Both the position numbers and the translations under genes were made by a program. Of a stretch of DNA of 64,000 bases, positions 9,621 through 20,337 are shown one piece after another; the stretch's first letter is position 1; each line of letters begins with the position of its first letter. Under the pieces are notes generated by a model, which had not been told where the DNA came from, ran no database searches, and worked only from the letters and a program-made list of their open reading frames with translations. This stretch comes from Patescibacteria group bacterium (GTDB lineage Bacteria; Patescibacteriota; Microgenomatia; Levybacterales; UBA12049): contig DATKGX010000048.1 in NCBI GenBank assembly GCA_035510555.1, forward strand, positions 12,148 through 76,147, read 5' to 3'.

Positions 9621-11324
9621 CTACCATTTATATCTTAGCAAATCCACTGATCTCACTGCTTCAAATATGACATTTCCCAACTTATCCTTTACGACAAATA
9701 CAGGTTTTATCGATTTTGGAAAATCCAAGGGGCTGGAAATAATCAAACAATTTAGGCTACTCATTTTTCCTAGCTGTGAACCTGTGGGTGGGTTCGGCAC
9801 GAAATAAATATTGCCAATTTTATCAACCGATACCCATCCGTCTGTAGTCATGCTGTAACTAACGCCTTTTTTACTCTGGTACTGACGCGGATCATATTTT
9901 GTGTAAAAAAGATAATAGATATATTGCTTAGCGTCGTTTAAGTGTCTGGAGATGTAAATCCGGTTGTAATCATTTCTTAATGCATAAGTTTTCTGTATTA
10001 AATCTTTATAACCATATTGGGAATAAATCGCGTAGTTATTCTTAAAATAAGTGAGATAAATTATAAAAAAAGAAATTAAGCTAAAAGAAATGGCTATAAG
10101 AAAGACAGTTGCGAATAAATAGCTTATTAATTTCTGCTTCCCCTTTAAGAAATCCCAGCAATAATAAATTCCTAAACCGCCGAAAAGAGCTAGGAATGGT
10201 TGCATTATTGATGACCTTACGTAATTTCCGTCGCTGGTAAATGCATTCGGCAAAGGAGAGAGTAAAAATAAAGTTGTTAAGGCAAAACTTAATTTTCGCT
10301 GCTTATTATTTCTTAAAAAGAATACAATCCCCAATATTAACGGTAAAAAATTAAAAAGATAATCTAAGCCTCTTTCCGGCAATATGGAGAATTGCGTGGG
10401 CGTACCATTTACATATAAAAAGTTGGGGGAGAATTGAGATAAATAATTCTTAACGAGAGTGCTGGGGAAAAGAAGTGCTTTGTTATCGGTTATTTTACAA
10501 ATAGTAGAATTAAATGCCGCTAGACATTGACCTCTTTGGTCATTGAGATTATTGATTAAGCCGATACTATTAATATTAGTGGTTAAGCCGACCTGGGAAA
10601 ATCTTACCGAAGCCGCATTTTGCTGGAAAATCATTGGAGAGATGAAAATTAAAAACAATATTAAGGGTTTTAGTAAATATCCATATCCCTTCTCTTTCTC
10701 GTAATTTACCCACAAAATTACCATTAAAACTAAAGGAGCGTAAAGAATATAAGCGGAATATGTATACATAGAAAGAGCGAGGAAAAAAGCAGCATAATAC
10801 AAACTTTTGCCGGATTTTTGTACCAGTCCAAAAATAAGTGCAACAATCAAAAACAATATGCCAATATTAGCTTCATGTCCTATCCTACTTAACCCAATTG
10901 CCCAAGGCATTATCGCTAAGAACAGGGCGGAAAAAAGAGCGGCCTTTTTGTTAACCAATTTCTTCACTAGAAAATATAAAGCCATAACAGATAAGATTCC
11001 ACCAAGAGAGGAGATAAATCTGGTAGAAAATTCATTAAGGCCAAATAGATAAATTGGGATTAGCGATAAATACCTATATACAGGAAGCGGAGCGCCTCCA
11101 AAACCTACAAAATGGGTTAAAGGCAAAAAAGTATTCCATTGATCTTTTCCCGTTAACAGCACGGAATAAGCATCGTATCCAGCATTAGCTTCATCGTTTA
11201 GAAAACCGGCAGGAATATTGCCCAGTTGATAAAATCTTAGAAAAATCGCCAAGCAAATTATAAAAAATAGCAATAAATAGCTTTTATTAAAGACGCTTCT
11301 GATATTTAAAATAATGCTTTTCAT
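9621..11324 (-). CDS. GT39 family (PMT-like) membrane glycosyltransferase
   Basis: ORF track gives 9621..11342. The internal Met MKSIILN at 11324 abuts the stop of the methyltransferase gene at 11321. Motif FLNDEANAGYDAYS. Confidence 0.75.
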   Translation of the reverse strand: MKSIILNIRSVFNKSYLLLFFIICLAIFLRFYQLGNIPAGFLNDEANAGYDAYSVLLTGKDQWNTFLPLTHFVGFGGAPLPVYRYLSLIPIYLFGLNEFSTRFISSLGGILSVMALYFLVKKLVNKKAALFSALFLAIMPWAIGLSRIGHEANIGILFLIVALIFGLVQKSGKSLYYAAFFLALSMYTYSAYILYAPLVLMVILWVNYEKEKGYGYLLKPLILFLIFISPMIFQQNAASVRFSQVGLTTNINSIGLINNLNDQRGQCLAAFNSTICKITDNKALLFPSTLVKNYLSQFSPNFLYVNGTPTQFSILPERGLDYLFNFLPLILGIVFFLRNNKQRKLSFALTTLFLLSPLPNAFTSDGNYVRSSIMQPFLALFGGLGIYYCWDFLKGKQKLISYLFATVFLIAISFSLISFFIIYLTYFKNNYAIYSQYGYKDLIQKTYALRNDYNRIYISRHLNDAKQYIYYLFYTKYDPRQYQSKKGVSYSMTTDGWVSVDKIGNIYFVPNPPTGSQLGKMSSLNCLIISSPLDFPKSIKPVFVVKDKLGNVIFEAVRSVDLLRYKW

Positions 11325-11914
11325 TTTTTGGCGACAAACCACATATTCATACCCAACTCAAAAAAACCACTTCTTATGTTGGCCTGACTAAATCCTCCAT
11401 CTCCGATTATATCCTCTATTCTTTCTTTTGAGTGATTGTGTTTATGCTCATGAATCTCCTCGGCGCTTATCAGTCCCACCTTAGCCATTTGATGCAACAG
11501 TTTATCGGACCAGGGAGCAGGTGTTGTAATAATTAATAATCCACCTTTTTTTAAAATTCGATATATTCCCTTAATAACTGGCATTAAATCATTATGCTCG
11601 ATGTGCTCAAATACTGCCAACATCGTAACAACATCAAAAAAAGCATTTTTAAATGGGAGCTTTTGCTTAGCAACGTCCAACCTTTGGAGATTAATGTCGT
11701 CAACTGATAATGAATTAAGCGATGGATCTACCCCGTATTTCTGCTTAAAATTTATCGTTGTTAAAAAGTAAGGAAAAGAACCACACCCGATGTCCAAAAT
11801 CTTTCCTTGTCTAAAAGCTTTTGAGATAAGAGCATTTGCTTTATTCGCCCGCTCCCTGGCTAAAAGACCTTCTAATAATCCCCATCCTCTTGTTATATTA
11901 ACTGCGTCAGACAT
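11321..11914 (-). CDS. Class I SAM-dependent methyltransferase
   Basis: 197 aa. Motif I ILDIGCGSFPY and the acidic residue after beta2. Methyltransf_11-like. Confidence 0.8.
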   Translation of the reverse strand: MSDAVNITRGWGLLEGLLARERANKANALISKAFRQGKILDIGCGSFPYFLTTINFKQKYGVDPSLNSLSVDDINLQRLDVAKQKLPFKNAFFDVVTMLAVFEHIEHNDLMPVIKGIYRILKKGGLLIITTPAPWSDKLLHQMAKVGLISAEEIHEHKHNHSKERIEDIIGDGGFSQANIRSGFFELGMNMWFVAKK

Positions 11915-11932
11915 ATTAATCTAAAGACTCTT

Positions 11933-13435
11933 TCATTTATTTTTATGCCAATCTTCTACTGCTTTATACACAGAACTTGGATTAACACTAACCCAACCGT
12001 TCTTTATCAATTCAGCGCTATTAGATGAATTCATGTCGAAAATTTGATAGTTATCGTTACCACTATTAATAGTGGGCAATGCACTAAACTGCAGCATGGC
12101 TCCTTTGGTGGCCTGCATTATTCCAATTTTCAATCCATTATCGTCAAGCTTATTTTGACTTTCTAAATATAACGACAGGGGTAAACTATATCCGGCAGCT
12201 TTGTAATTATAATCATATATAGCAAATTTCTGATTGGGGTACTTATGCACCAAAGTATTTTGCCAGCTACTGGCTATTGCGGCTGTAGTATTAGTCGAAT
12301 TTAGAATTATTGAATAATCTTGGCGCAAACTTCCTATCGCCAGCAAAAGCAATAGTAGTAACCCCAGATATAAATTTTTCTTCCACAACCAAAAAATTGC
12401 CAATGCAGAAAATAATAAAATAAACGGATGTAAGAAAACCAGATAACTATCAAACAGAGGGTTTCTGACATAGCGCATGGCAATCGCTATTAAGATGAGG
12501 CTCCCAGCTAACGCTATCCATAATTTGTTGATATCCCGCTTGAAAATCTTTTCAATTAAGAGCAGGGAGAACAAAAGCCCTGTTAAATATGCTATTGCTG
12601 TATATCCTCCGATTATTAAAGCCCAAGCATGCGGCCAAAAAACAGTTAGGTAGGTCGACCATCTTCTACCCAAAGCGTCATAGGAAGTTTTGTACTGTCC
12701 ATGCAGCAAATAATTAATTAGCCCCAAACTGTTAACGAAATTATTGCGAAAATCAAATATTATCAGTGGTATGGTAGGAATTATTAAACCAAGAATTAGT
12801 ATTGCCCACGATTTGACGTCTTTGATTTTTAAGGTGAGTAGAAAAATGGGGAGGACGATAATTAATAACACTCCTTGAAGATGAGTCGTGGGAGCCAATC
12901 CAAAGGATAGTCCCAATAAAAAAAGGTACTTCTTCTGTTTTGTTTTTGAATATTTTATAAAAGTAAGAATCGCCAAGGCGGATATAAAGCACATTGGAGC
13001 GGTTAAAGTCAGATTAGTAGCTTGAGCTATTTGCGCAGTTGAAACTGCAGTCAGAACTCCTACCAACAGACCGAAATACTTTCCTTCCAGCTCTTTTCCG
13101 ATTAATACCATTAATAAAACAAATAAGGCGTAAGAGAGCGTAATAATTAACCATGGCGTTATCACTGATGGAGGATAGATTAAAGTGGCGATCATTAGAA
13201 ACCAATACCACAAACCGGATGTTTGGAATTGCGCTCCGGAAGCAAATGGACCAACTAAGGGCAGGTGCCAGACGCTAATTGCGTATCTGGCCAAAAGTGC
13301 ATCGTGGGCCTGGTCATAGGCTAATCCCCAGCGATTAGCATAATTAATAAATCGGAGAATAAAAGAGATAATAAGAATTAAAGCCAACGAAACTGCGAAT
13401 TTCTTAGCTAAAATTTTTTTAAACATTTCGTGCAT
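11933..13435 (-). CDS. Polytopic membrane protein, short ArnT/PMT-like GT-C paralog
   Basis: 500 aa. YDQAHDALLARYAISVWHLPLVGPF...SGLWYWFLM resembles the 1948, 3247 and 4819 family. Confidence 0.55.
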   Translation of the reverse strand: MHEMFKKILAKKFAVSLALILIISFILRFINYANRWGLAYDQAHDALLARYAISVWHLPLVGPFASGAQFQTSGLWYWFLMIATLIYPPSVITPWLIITLSYALFVLLMVLIGKELEGKYFGLLVGVLTAVSTAQIAQATNLTLTAPMCFISALAILTFIKYSKTKQKKYLFLLGLSFGLAPTTHLQGVLLIIVLPIFLLTLKIKDVKSWAILILGLIIPTIPLIIFDFRNNFVNSLGLINYLLHGQYKTSYDALGRRWSTYLTVFWPHAWALIIGGYTAIAYLTGLLFSLLLIEKIFKRDINKLWIALAGSLILIAIAMRYVRNPLFDSYLVFLHPFILLFSALAIFWLWKKNLYLGLLLLLLLAIGSLRQDYSIILNSTNTTAAIASSWQNTLVHKYPNQKFAIYDYNYKAAGYSLPLSLYLESQNKLDDNGLKIGIMQATKGAMLQFSALPTINSGNDNYQIFDMNSSNSAELIKNGWVSVNPSSVYKAVEDWHKNK

Positions 13436-13436
13436 A

Positions 13437-15134
13437 TTATTTTAGAGTAACTAACTGAAAAACCAAAGTGCTATCCCATCTTCTAATCTGGGACAATATC
13501 TTTATCTTATCAGTAGATATCTTACACGTTCCGTCGTCAACGTATAAAATTCCTTTTTCTCCGGTTAAATAAGGATAAGTTATGCCTGTCTTAATATCTA
13601 CTGAAATACCTGCTCTTACCGGACATGGTTCTTGGGTAATTTGGTATTTGGAAAAGGATGTATCGCCATAATTAGTGCCCTTGTTTGCTTCGATAACCTT
13701 TTGAATTTTTGCTGGATTATATTGGTTGTAAAATAGCAGAAGAATTGCGGGATTAACTTGGGCATTAGTTACAATAACCTTTTTGTAGTCCGGAGAATAT
13801 TTATTAATTTCGGTTACCAGTTGTTTGTATCCCTCTTGCCTATACCATGGCCGATGAACTATTTGTTGAACATAATACTGGTGCATGTAGTAAGCGAAAT
13901 TATAAAATGCAATCACCAACAGCAAGAGATAGAGAAATTTTACAACATTGTCTTTTTTGACTTTCTGCTTAATCTTTTCTTTTAACCAGATAAAGCCTAA
14001 TGCTACGATAATCGAGAACGCTGGAAATACTATTAGAGTACGCTGTAGATTCGGGATATCATCAAAAGTTAAGGCGCTCCCAACCGGGACAAGTAAAATC
14101 CAGCCAATTACAAAAAACGCCAGCTTCTTATTTAAGTTAAGGATTTTCCAGATGCCAAATCCCAGAAGTGGTAACTCAAATAGGTAGAGCAGTCCCATTC
14201 CCGGCACTCTGTATCTGTCAGGCAAGCCCGCGTCCGTAAATAAAAAGTCGTAGGAGAAATGCTTAAAATAATTATCCAAAAAAGTCAGCGAATAACTGGT
14301 TAACTTATTATGAAAAAACCGTGATTCAAGTGGCTTAATTCCCATTACGCCGTCTTCACGAATCTGCTCGTCTAATACAAGTTGTGTCTGCGGGTTTCCA
14401 AAGATCGAAAGCGTCCTAATCCGAAACGATAATTCCGGAGATTTAAGAATTAGTAAGACGGGAATAACAATCAATAACAGAAAACCCATAATTGGCAAAA
14501 TATTTTTTTTGGAGAATATTTTCTTTGTAAAAACCAGAAACAGCAAGGGCAAAAATAAAGGCAGAAAACTGCGGGCGGCCTGATAAATGAAGATGTTAAC
14601 GGCAAAAGCCAATAGGCTTAAAACCAGAAAATAATATTCGTTACGTTCTTCCCATAACAAATACAGAAGGATACCAAGAGACACAAAAAATACGACCAGT
14701 ACGCTTTCCGCGGAAACGCGGGACAAATTGATGTGCCAGGGAGATATGGCCAAGAAAAATGCCGCTGCTAATGCGATAGATTCCTTATTTTTATAAGGCT
14801 TAAAAAGCTGGCAAGTCAGGAAAAATACCACAATTATCGTCAACGAACCGAATATTGCGGAGGCAAAACGGGCAGAAAAGGCGCTTAAACCAAAAAGTGC
14901 GACAAATGGAATGGAAGCATACGAATATCCTGCAGGACTAAACAGAAATGATTTTAGATTTAAAGGTAAAAAATTGCCGGTGATTTCCCTACCCGTTTTT
15001 AGTATTGAATAAGCATTATAACCGAAGTACGCTTCATCCGTATGTAAACCAACCGGCACGTCGCCTAATTTATAAAATCTTAGGAAAAATCCAAGCGCGA
15101 AAATTAAAATTAAAAATAAATACTGTTTTTTCAT
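13437..15134 (-). CDS. GT39 family (PMT-like) membrane glycosyltransferase
   Basis: 565 aa. LHTDEAYFGYNAYS DE-motif and multi-TM. Fourth GT39 paralog. Confidence 0.8.
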   Translation of the reverse strand: MKKQYLFLILIFALGFFLRFYKLGDVPVGLHTDEAYFGYNAYSILKTGREITGNFLPLNLKSFLFSPAGYSYASIPFVALFGLSAFSARFASAIFGSLTIIVVFFLTCQLFKPYKNKESIALAAAFFLAISPWHINLSRVSAESVLVVFFVSLGILLYLLWEERNEYYFLVLSLLAFAVNIFIYQAARSFLPLFLPLLFLVFTKKIFSKKNILPIMGFLLLIVIPVLLILKSPELSFRIRTLSIFGNPQTQLVLDEQIREDGVMGIKPLESRFFHNKLTSYSLTFLDNYFKHFSYDFLFTDAGLPDRYRVPGMGLLYLFELPLLGFGIWKILNLNKKLAFFVIGWILLVPVGSALTFDDIPNLQRTLIVFPAFSIIVALGFIWLKEKIKQKVKKDNVVKFLYLLLLVIAFYNFAYYMHQYYVQQIVHRPWYRQEGYKQLVTEINKYSPDYKKVIVTNAQVNPAILLLFYNQYNPAKIQKVIEANKGTNYGDTSFSKYQITQEPCPVRAGISVDIKTGITYPYLTGEKGILYVDDGTCKISTDKIKILSQIRRWDSTLVFQLVTLK

Positions 15135-15142
15135 TTCTTGGT

Positions 15143-16792
15143 TTATTTTTTGAGCCTATTTCTCAAAAGCAATATACCAACTATTAAAACTAATGATATC
15201 ACGCTTACGATGTCAGATAAAAGCCTTATCGGGGTTTCCTTAAATACTACTTTTACGCTATGTTCTCCGTTTGGGACATTGAATGTGATTAATCCCCGGT
15301 GGTTCATGTCTTGAAACTGAATGGGAGCTTTTATCCCGTCTACTGTTACTTCCCAACCCGGAAAATAAGCCGTATTATCCAAAATTCCCAATGTTGTCGT
15401 AGCCTTTACAGTAAAGGTGTGGAGATTTGATTTTCGTGTGACGTTAGCTACTCTGCCTTGCCCCGCAATGATATCGATTTGTTTCTGAGGAAGGATAAAG
15501 AATTCTCCTGCGGTCCAAATGGTATCGGTACGCAAGCTATAATCGGTAGTACCGGGATACGCCAGATAGAAACTGTCACTTCTGCTGGGAATGTATTCGC
15601 TAACTGTTACAAGCGGCAGAGCAAAAATAAGCACAACTAAAATCGTAGCCAACATAATAATTTTGTTGTACTTTAAGGAACTGAAAAAATAGAAAATTAG
15701 CATACATGACGCAAAGCCAGACAGAGCTGTAAATCTCCAAGGATATCCCAGTAAATTTAATATTGGCAAATGATCCCATAAAAACTTTGAGTAAGCGGTT
15801 GTGATAAACACTGACAAGACAAAAATTGTAAGCCAGAAGAGAAATTTTTTCTGCTTTTTAATTTTATGCATCATTGTAAATATTAAAGCTATAAAAGGAG
15901 CTATAAAATAAATTATTCCTATTTGAGGAGATAGTCCTCCCTTAATATTTACATCAGCACCGAATCCCCATTTGGAATAAAATAATTGCAAGAGAGGAAT
16001 GAAATTTTGATTATATAATGAACTGAAAGTAATTTTAGCCAGCGTGTATTTCGTTTCCATTATTGCAGGCAGAGCAAAAAAGGCAGACAAACAAATTCCC
16101 AGCACTAAAATTCCCAAAGGATAGACAACATCTTTGCGTTTTTTGATAAAAATTAGAGAGTAAGCTAGGAAAACCGGAGAAAAGATTAAAGCTATTCCAT
16201 TATGCGCCATTATAAATAAGGCATAAAAAATAGCGCCTAAGAAAACATCCCTAATTTTCTTTTCTTGTAAAACTTTATCTATAAACAGAAAAATTAAAGG
16301 AATAAAAACGAAACTGAGTATTTCCGCTACGTCTCCCCTAACATAGATATCCAGAAATCTGTATGGAAGGAGCATGTAAATAATGGCAACGCTAAAGGCA
16401 ACTTCTACTTTGGCTTGCCGCTTTAACCATGAGAATAAGAAAACAGGGGCAAGAATAAAACTGGAGCCGATTATGATTTTAAAAACCGTTTCAAAACTAA
16501 AGCCTAATAGGTGCAAAAGAGTCGCGATGAATCCAGGCAAAGGATAGAAAAAAATAAATAGAGGAGTACCATAACCGCTGTTTAAATCAGCTGCCCACCT
16601 GGCCGGAAATTGTCCGTCCATATAGCTTTTAAAATATGCTGCAAACCGAGCGACGTGGGCAAACCCATCATGGGATAAATAAAAGCCGGAATGAAGTAGG
16701 GGAATTAAAAAGAATATTCCAATTACCGTAAGAAGAAATATATGGATATTTTGCCTTATTAATCTGTGAATCTGTATTTTAAAAGCGACCAT
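15143..16792 (-). CDS. Short YfhO-like (PF10131-type) polytopic membrane protein
   Basis: 549 aa. SHDGFAHVARFAAYF...FPARWAADLNSGYGTPLFIFFYPLP. C-terminal AYFPGWEVTVDG...IQFQDM...G module plus terminal TM. Confidence 0.7.
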   Translation of the reverse strand: MVAFKIQIHRLIRQNIHIFLLTVIGIFFLIPLLHSGFYLSHDGFAHVARFAAYFKSYMDGQFPARWAADLNSGYGTPLFIFFYPLPGFIATLLHLLGFSFETVFKIIIGSSFILAPVFLFSWLKRQAKVEVAFSVAIIYMLLPYRFLDIYVRGDVAEILSFVFIPLIFLFIDKVLQEKKIRDVFLGAIFYALFIMAHNGIALIFSPVFLAYSLIFIKKRKDVVYPLGILVLGICLSAFFALPAIMETKYTLAKITFSSLYNQNFIPLLQLFYSKWGFGADVNIKGGLSPQIGIIYFIAPFIALIFTMMHKIKKQKKFLFWLTIFVLSVFITTAYSKFLWDHLPILNLLGYPWRFTALSGFASCMLIFYFFSSLKYNKIIMLATILVVLIFALPLVTVSEYIPSRSDSFYLAYPGTTDYSLRTDTIWTAGEFFILPQKQIDIIAGQGRVANVTRKSNLHTFTVKATTTLGILDNTAYFPGWEVTVDGIKAPIQFQDMNHRGLITFNVPNGEHSVKVVFKETPIRLLSDIVSVISLVLIVGILLLRNRLKK

Positions 16793-17460
16793 AAAGCGAT
16801 AGCCCCATCCTTGACTGTATTGAGCTTTTTACCCTCATCGTATCCTCTTGGATTTGCAGTTATTGATACCTCTTTTATCTTGTACCCTTGTTTTAATAAT
16901 TTCGCTGTTACTTCCGGCTCAAATTCAAAGCCTCTCGCGTTAAGCCTAATCGAGGAAATAGCCTTTTTCGGGAACAGTTTATAACAGGTTTCCATGTCGG
17001 TAAGCCACTGGCCATAGAGAAGACTGGTGACAAGACTTAAAAACCGGTTGCCAAAGTAGTGGATTATAAAGAGATGCTTTGCTTCTTCTTTTTTAAGATG
17101 CGGTGCCCTGTCCAACCTTGTTCCATAGACAACTTCTGTTTTATTGATTAGGATTGGCTTTAACAAGTCTTTGATTTGATTCGGGTTATACTCCAAATCT
17201 GCGTCCTGAATTATAATATAATCGCCTGTAGCATTTTTAATGCCTGTCTTTACCGCTGCGCCTTTACCTTGATTTTTTTCATGGAGAATAATTTTGGGAC
17301 CTTTAACTTTTTTCAACTTCTCTCTCGTACTGTCTGTCGAACCATCATCGACTACAATAACCTCATGCTCGACGGGAATATCGGCCTTCTTCAGCCTTTC
17401 TAAAATCTGCAGTATTGTTTTTTCTTCGTTAAATACCGGAACAATTATAGATAATTTCAT
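16759..17460 (-). CDS. GT2 glycosyltransferase, DPM1/GtrB/ArnC-like polyprenyl-phosphate sugar synthase candidate
   Basis: 233 aa. MKLSIIVPVFNEE...VVDDGSTDST...IQDADLEY (DxD). Soluble with no TM. Overlaps the previous gene by 34 nt. Confidence 0.75.
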   Translation of the reverse strand: MKLSIIVPVFNEEKTILQILERLKKADIPVEHEVIVVDDGSTDSTREKLKKVKGPKIILHEKNQGKGAAVKTGIKNATGDYIIIQDADLEYNPNQIKDLLKPILINKTEVVYGTRLDRAPHLKKEEAKHLFIIHYFGNRFLSLVTSLLYGQWLTDMETCYKLFPKKAISSIRLNARGFEFEPEVTAKLLKQGYKIKEVSITANPRGYDEGKKLNTVKDGAIALWSLLKYRFTD

Positions 17461-19404
17461 TTATATTTTATATAAAACAGACGTTCCTTCTCTATTCACG
17501 ATTTGTAGTTTATTAAATCTCTGCGTGCACTCATTTTCCTGCATTATTAATAAATACTGATTATTACTTTTTTTCATAACATCAATAATATTTTGTTCGG
17601 CAGCAATTGGATTACTACAATTTATCATATTACTGACTATTTTATCTACATCATCTTTTCTGGCGTCGACTATCTTATTTAGCCCGCCAAAACCGGTAAG
17701 CTCATACTCATAATATATAGAGTGTCCGCTTAACGCAGAAAAAATCGGATTTCCAAATGAATCTTGGTATCTGCCTTTTACTAAGATTCTATTTACCACA
17801 ATTATTCCTTGATTTTGCGGTATTTTACTTATAACATTCGATTGCTTTACAATATCTGCGCCGATACCTCCGGAAGCCCCAGAATACGTTTCTATTATTT
17901 TAACCGTATCGGGTAAAAACAAAAATACAAGTATTAAAAATGTCGTCACTAGGATTATTTTATTTACTCTTTCTAACCTTTCTCCCAAAACTACTGCTGT
18001 TGGTATTACAAGAAGCATATACCCGACCCAGAAAAATTGGATTATAGAAAATGTCGAAACAGATTGAACAAATAAGCTCGGAATTAAAAAAGCCGCAGCA
18101 ATACTTGCTATCCAAAAGATATTCTGGGAGGTATAAAAATTTTTACTGAAAATTTTTTTTATGTCAAGGATAATTAAAATTCTAGTTCCTAAACTTGTCA
18201 GTATAAAAAATGCAATTGCAACTAAATAAAAGAAAGCGATATGAATATAGTTCCTTGATTCAATATATAGAGGAAAATTAACATTCCAATGCCAATGAAC
18301 AAATATCCATGCGCTGTCAATAAAATTCTTATAGATAAGAAACGGTGCAAACATAAGTCCGCCGGCTCCATAATTTACCGGTAGATACACCAGCGCAGAC
18401 AAAGCACCGGAAAAAATTAAAATTTTTAAGCAATAGGTACTTCTACTTTTGTATAATTCCCATAAGGCGACCATGGCCAAGCCAAAATAAAAAGTGATTC
18501 CCGCATAAATTTTTATCTGAGGAATAACTCCAATCACCAAAACCGGTAGCAAAAAAGACCACTTTTTTCCTTTTGAGAATAGCAGAATAAATCCAATTAA
18601 TGTAAAACTTGCAGAAATAACTATTGAAGGGTCTAACGCATTCGCAAAAGATTGAGTTATTCCAGCGGAACTATAGTTGTAATTTAAAAATTTATATAAA
18701 TAGCCAACGAAAAAATCAAAGCTTTGTATAAAATACATTAAAAAGATTAAAAACAGGGTAGTAATTTTCCCAAATTTTAAGAATTTTGCAAGAGCCAGTG
18801 AGGAAAACCCGAGCAGAAAAGCAATAAATAGGGGAAAAAATCTAAAAAATAAGTCCAAAGGGTTAAAACGATAGAATTGGGCGAAATTTGAGATTAAAAA
18901 ATCATAGAAGAAATTATATCCTTTCAGCGGAACTCCGGCCAACCCCGGGTGGAATGGAGGGAAATTGGAAATTAAACTTCCAATCAAGGCTAAATGATAA
19001 ACCGAATCTTGCCCATTAACCCCATAGAATAGAACTTCACCACTCTTGTAGGCTCCCGAATTCCAAGTGGTATAAGTCATAGCGATTGTTCCCAAAAGAA
19101 GAACCAAAGTCTCCGGAGTTAAGAATTTTGTTACTTTTACGTTGTTTTTAAATTCGGAGTATGAATTTTTTAATTCGAACAGTAAAGCAAGTGGAATTAT
19201 TAAGTTATAAGCAAATGGAATTTTTATCCAAGACAAAATATAGGTAGAAAATAAAAAAGCAGCTAAACCCACAATTAGAGACGAAGAAAATGTAACCAAA
19301 AAACTGGCGAATTTATAACCGGAGATCCTAAGTAGTAATCGCCCCGGTAAATAAATTATCAAAGATACCAGAGTGAAAAAAAAGATAAAATTTAGTAGCT
19401 CCAT
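17461..19404 (-). CDS. Large polytopic membrane protein of unknown function with a C-terminal soluble domain
   Basis: 647 aa. About 480 aa of hydrophobic helices followed by a hydrophilic roughly 160-aa tail. No recognisable catalytic motif. Confidence 0.6.
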   Translation of the reverse strand: MELLNFIFFFTLVSLIIYLPGRLLLRISGYKFASFLVTFSSSLIVGLAAFLFSTYILSWIKIPFAYNLIIPLALLFELKNSYSEFKNNVKVTKFLTPETLVLLLGTIAMTYTTWNSGAYKSGEVLFYGVNGQDSVYHLALIGSLISNFPPFHPGLAGVPLKGYNFFYDFLISNFAQFYRFNPLDLFFRFFPLFIAFLLGFSSLALAKFLKFGKITTLFLIFLMYFIQSFDFFVGYLYKFLNYNYSSAGITQSFANALDPSIVISASFTLIGFILLFSKGKKWSFLLPVLVIGVIPQIKIYAGITFYFGLAMVALWELYKSRSTYCLKILIFSGALSALVYLPVNYGAGGLMFAPFLIYKNFIDSAWIFVHWHWNVNFPLYIESRNYIHIAFFYLVAIAFFILTSLGTRILIILDIKKIFSKNFYTSQNIFWIASIAAAFLIPSLFVQSVSTFSIIQFFWVGYMLLVIPTAVVLGERLERVNKIILVTTFLILVFLFLPDTVKIIETYSGASGGIGADIVKQSNVISKIPQNQGIIVVNRILVKGRYQDSFGNPIFSALSGHSIYYEYELTGFGGLNKIVDARKDDVDKIVSNMINCSNPIAAEQNIIDVMKKSNNQYLLIMQENECTQRFNKLQIVNREGTSVLYKI

Positions 19405-20336
19405 TACTTAAATTTACTTATAACTTCTTTATCTGATAAGATAAACTGTCTTTTAACTATTAAGCTGGTTATTATTATTTTTGGCAAAAGAATTAAAGCC
19501 TCAAAAAAGCCCAAATAGAATGCTAAGTCAAATCTAACTAGCGCCTGTGCTAAATGGTAAGGCAACCAGACAACGTGAGTAAGCCGCAAAGAAAAATCCG
19601 TAGCGTTTTCCCAAACAAAAATGAATTGATTTCTGTAAGCAATTGTCTTTATCGCAAAGCCTGAGTACTTACTCTTAATCGCGCCTTTTTCATGCTCATG
19701 TACGACAATGCTTTTGGGCTCAAATAGCACGTCAAATCCTGCTTTTAAAGCTCTGTAGGACAGGTCGATGTCTTCATAGTAGAATGGCGCGTAAAGTTCG
19801 TTAAATCCTCCCAGCTTTTCCCAGACAGACTTTCGAAAAGCCGCGCTTCCCCCACTGACCCAAAGAGTATTTGCTTTATTAACCTCTCCCCTTCGATGAA
19901 CTAAAAAACCTCTTTTCCACTCCCCTAAGCCGCGGCCCCGCAGAGTAACTTTATCACCCTCAATACTTTTATCCAAACAACCAACCGCAAATACTTTTGG
20001 ATCTGAAAAATGCTTCAATAAAGGTTCCAAAAAACCTTTTTCTGGACAAACGTCCGTATTTAAAAGAATCACTACCTCGCCTTTTGCAGCACTTACTCCT
20101 TTATTGACAGTTGGAGCAAAGCCTAGATTCTTGTCACCCACTAGAACTTTAAAATTCCGATGTGTCTTGGAAAATTCATTGAGAAAGTTTACGCTTCCAT
20201 CCGACGACCCGTCATCAACAACGATTATTTCGGCTTCCCCTAATTTATAAGCAGCGACTTCTTGATAAACCCTTCCCAGATTTTCCTTCAGTAGATTTTC
20301 CCCGTTATAATTTGGAATTATGACACTAATATCCAT
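19404..20336 (-). CDS. GT2 family glycosyltransferase
   Basis: 310 aa. MDISVIIPNYNGENLL...VVDDGSSDGS...LLNTDV. Confidence 0.8.
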   Translation of the reverse strand: MDISVIIPNYNGENLLKENLGRVYQEVAAYKLGEAEIIVVDDGSSDGSVNFLNEFSKTHRNFKVLVGDKNLGFAPTVNKGVSAAKGEVVILLNTDVCPEKGFLEPLLKHFSDPKVFAVGCLDKSIEGDKVTLRGRGLGEWKRGFLVHRRGEVNKANTLWVSGGSAAFRKSVWEKLGGFNELYAPFYYEDIDLSYRALKAGFDVLFEPKSIVVHEHEKGAIKSKYSGFAIKTIAYRNQFIFVWENATDFSLRLTHVVWLPYHLAQALVRFDLAFYLGFFEALILLPKIIITSLIVKRQFILSDKEVISKFK

Positions 20337-20337
20337 A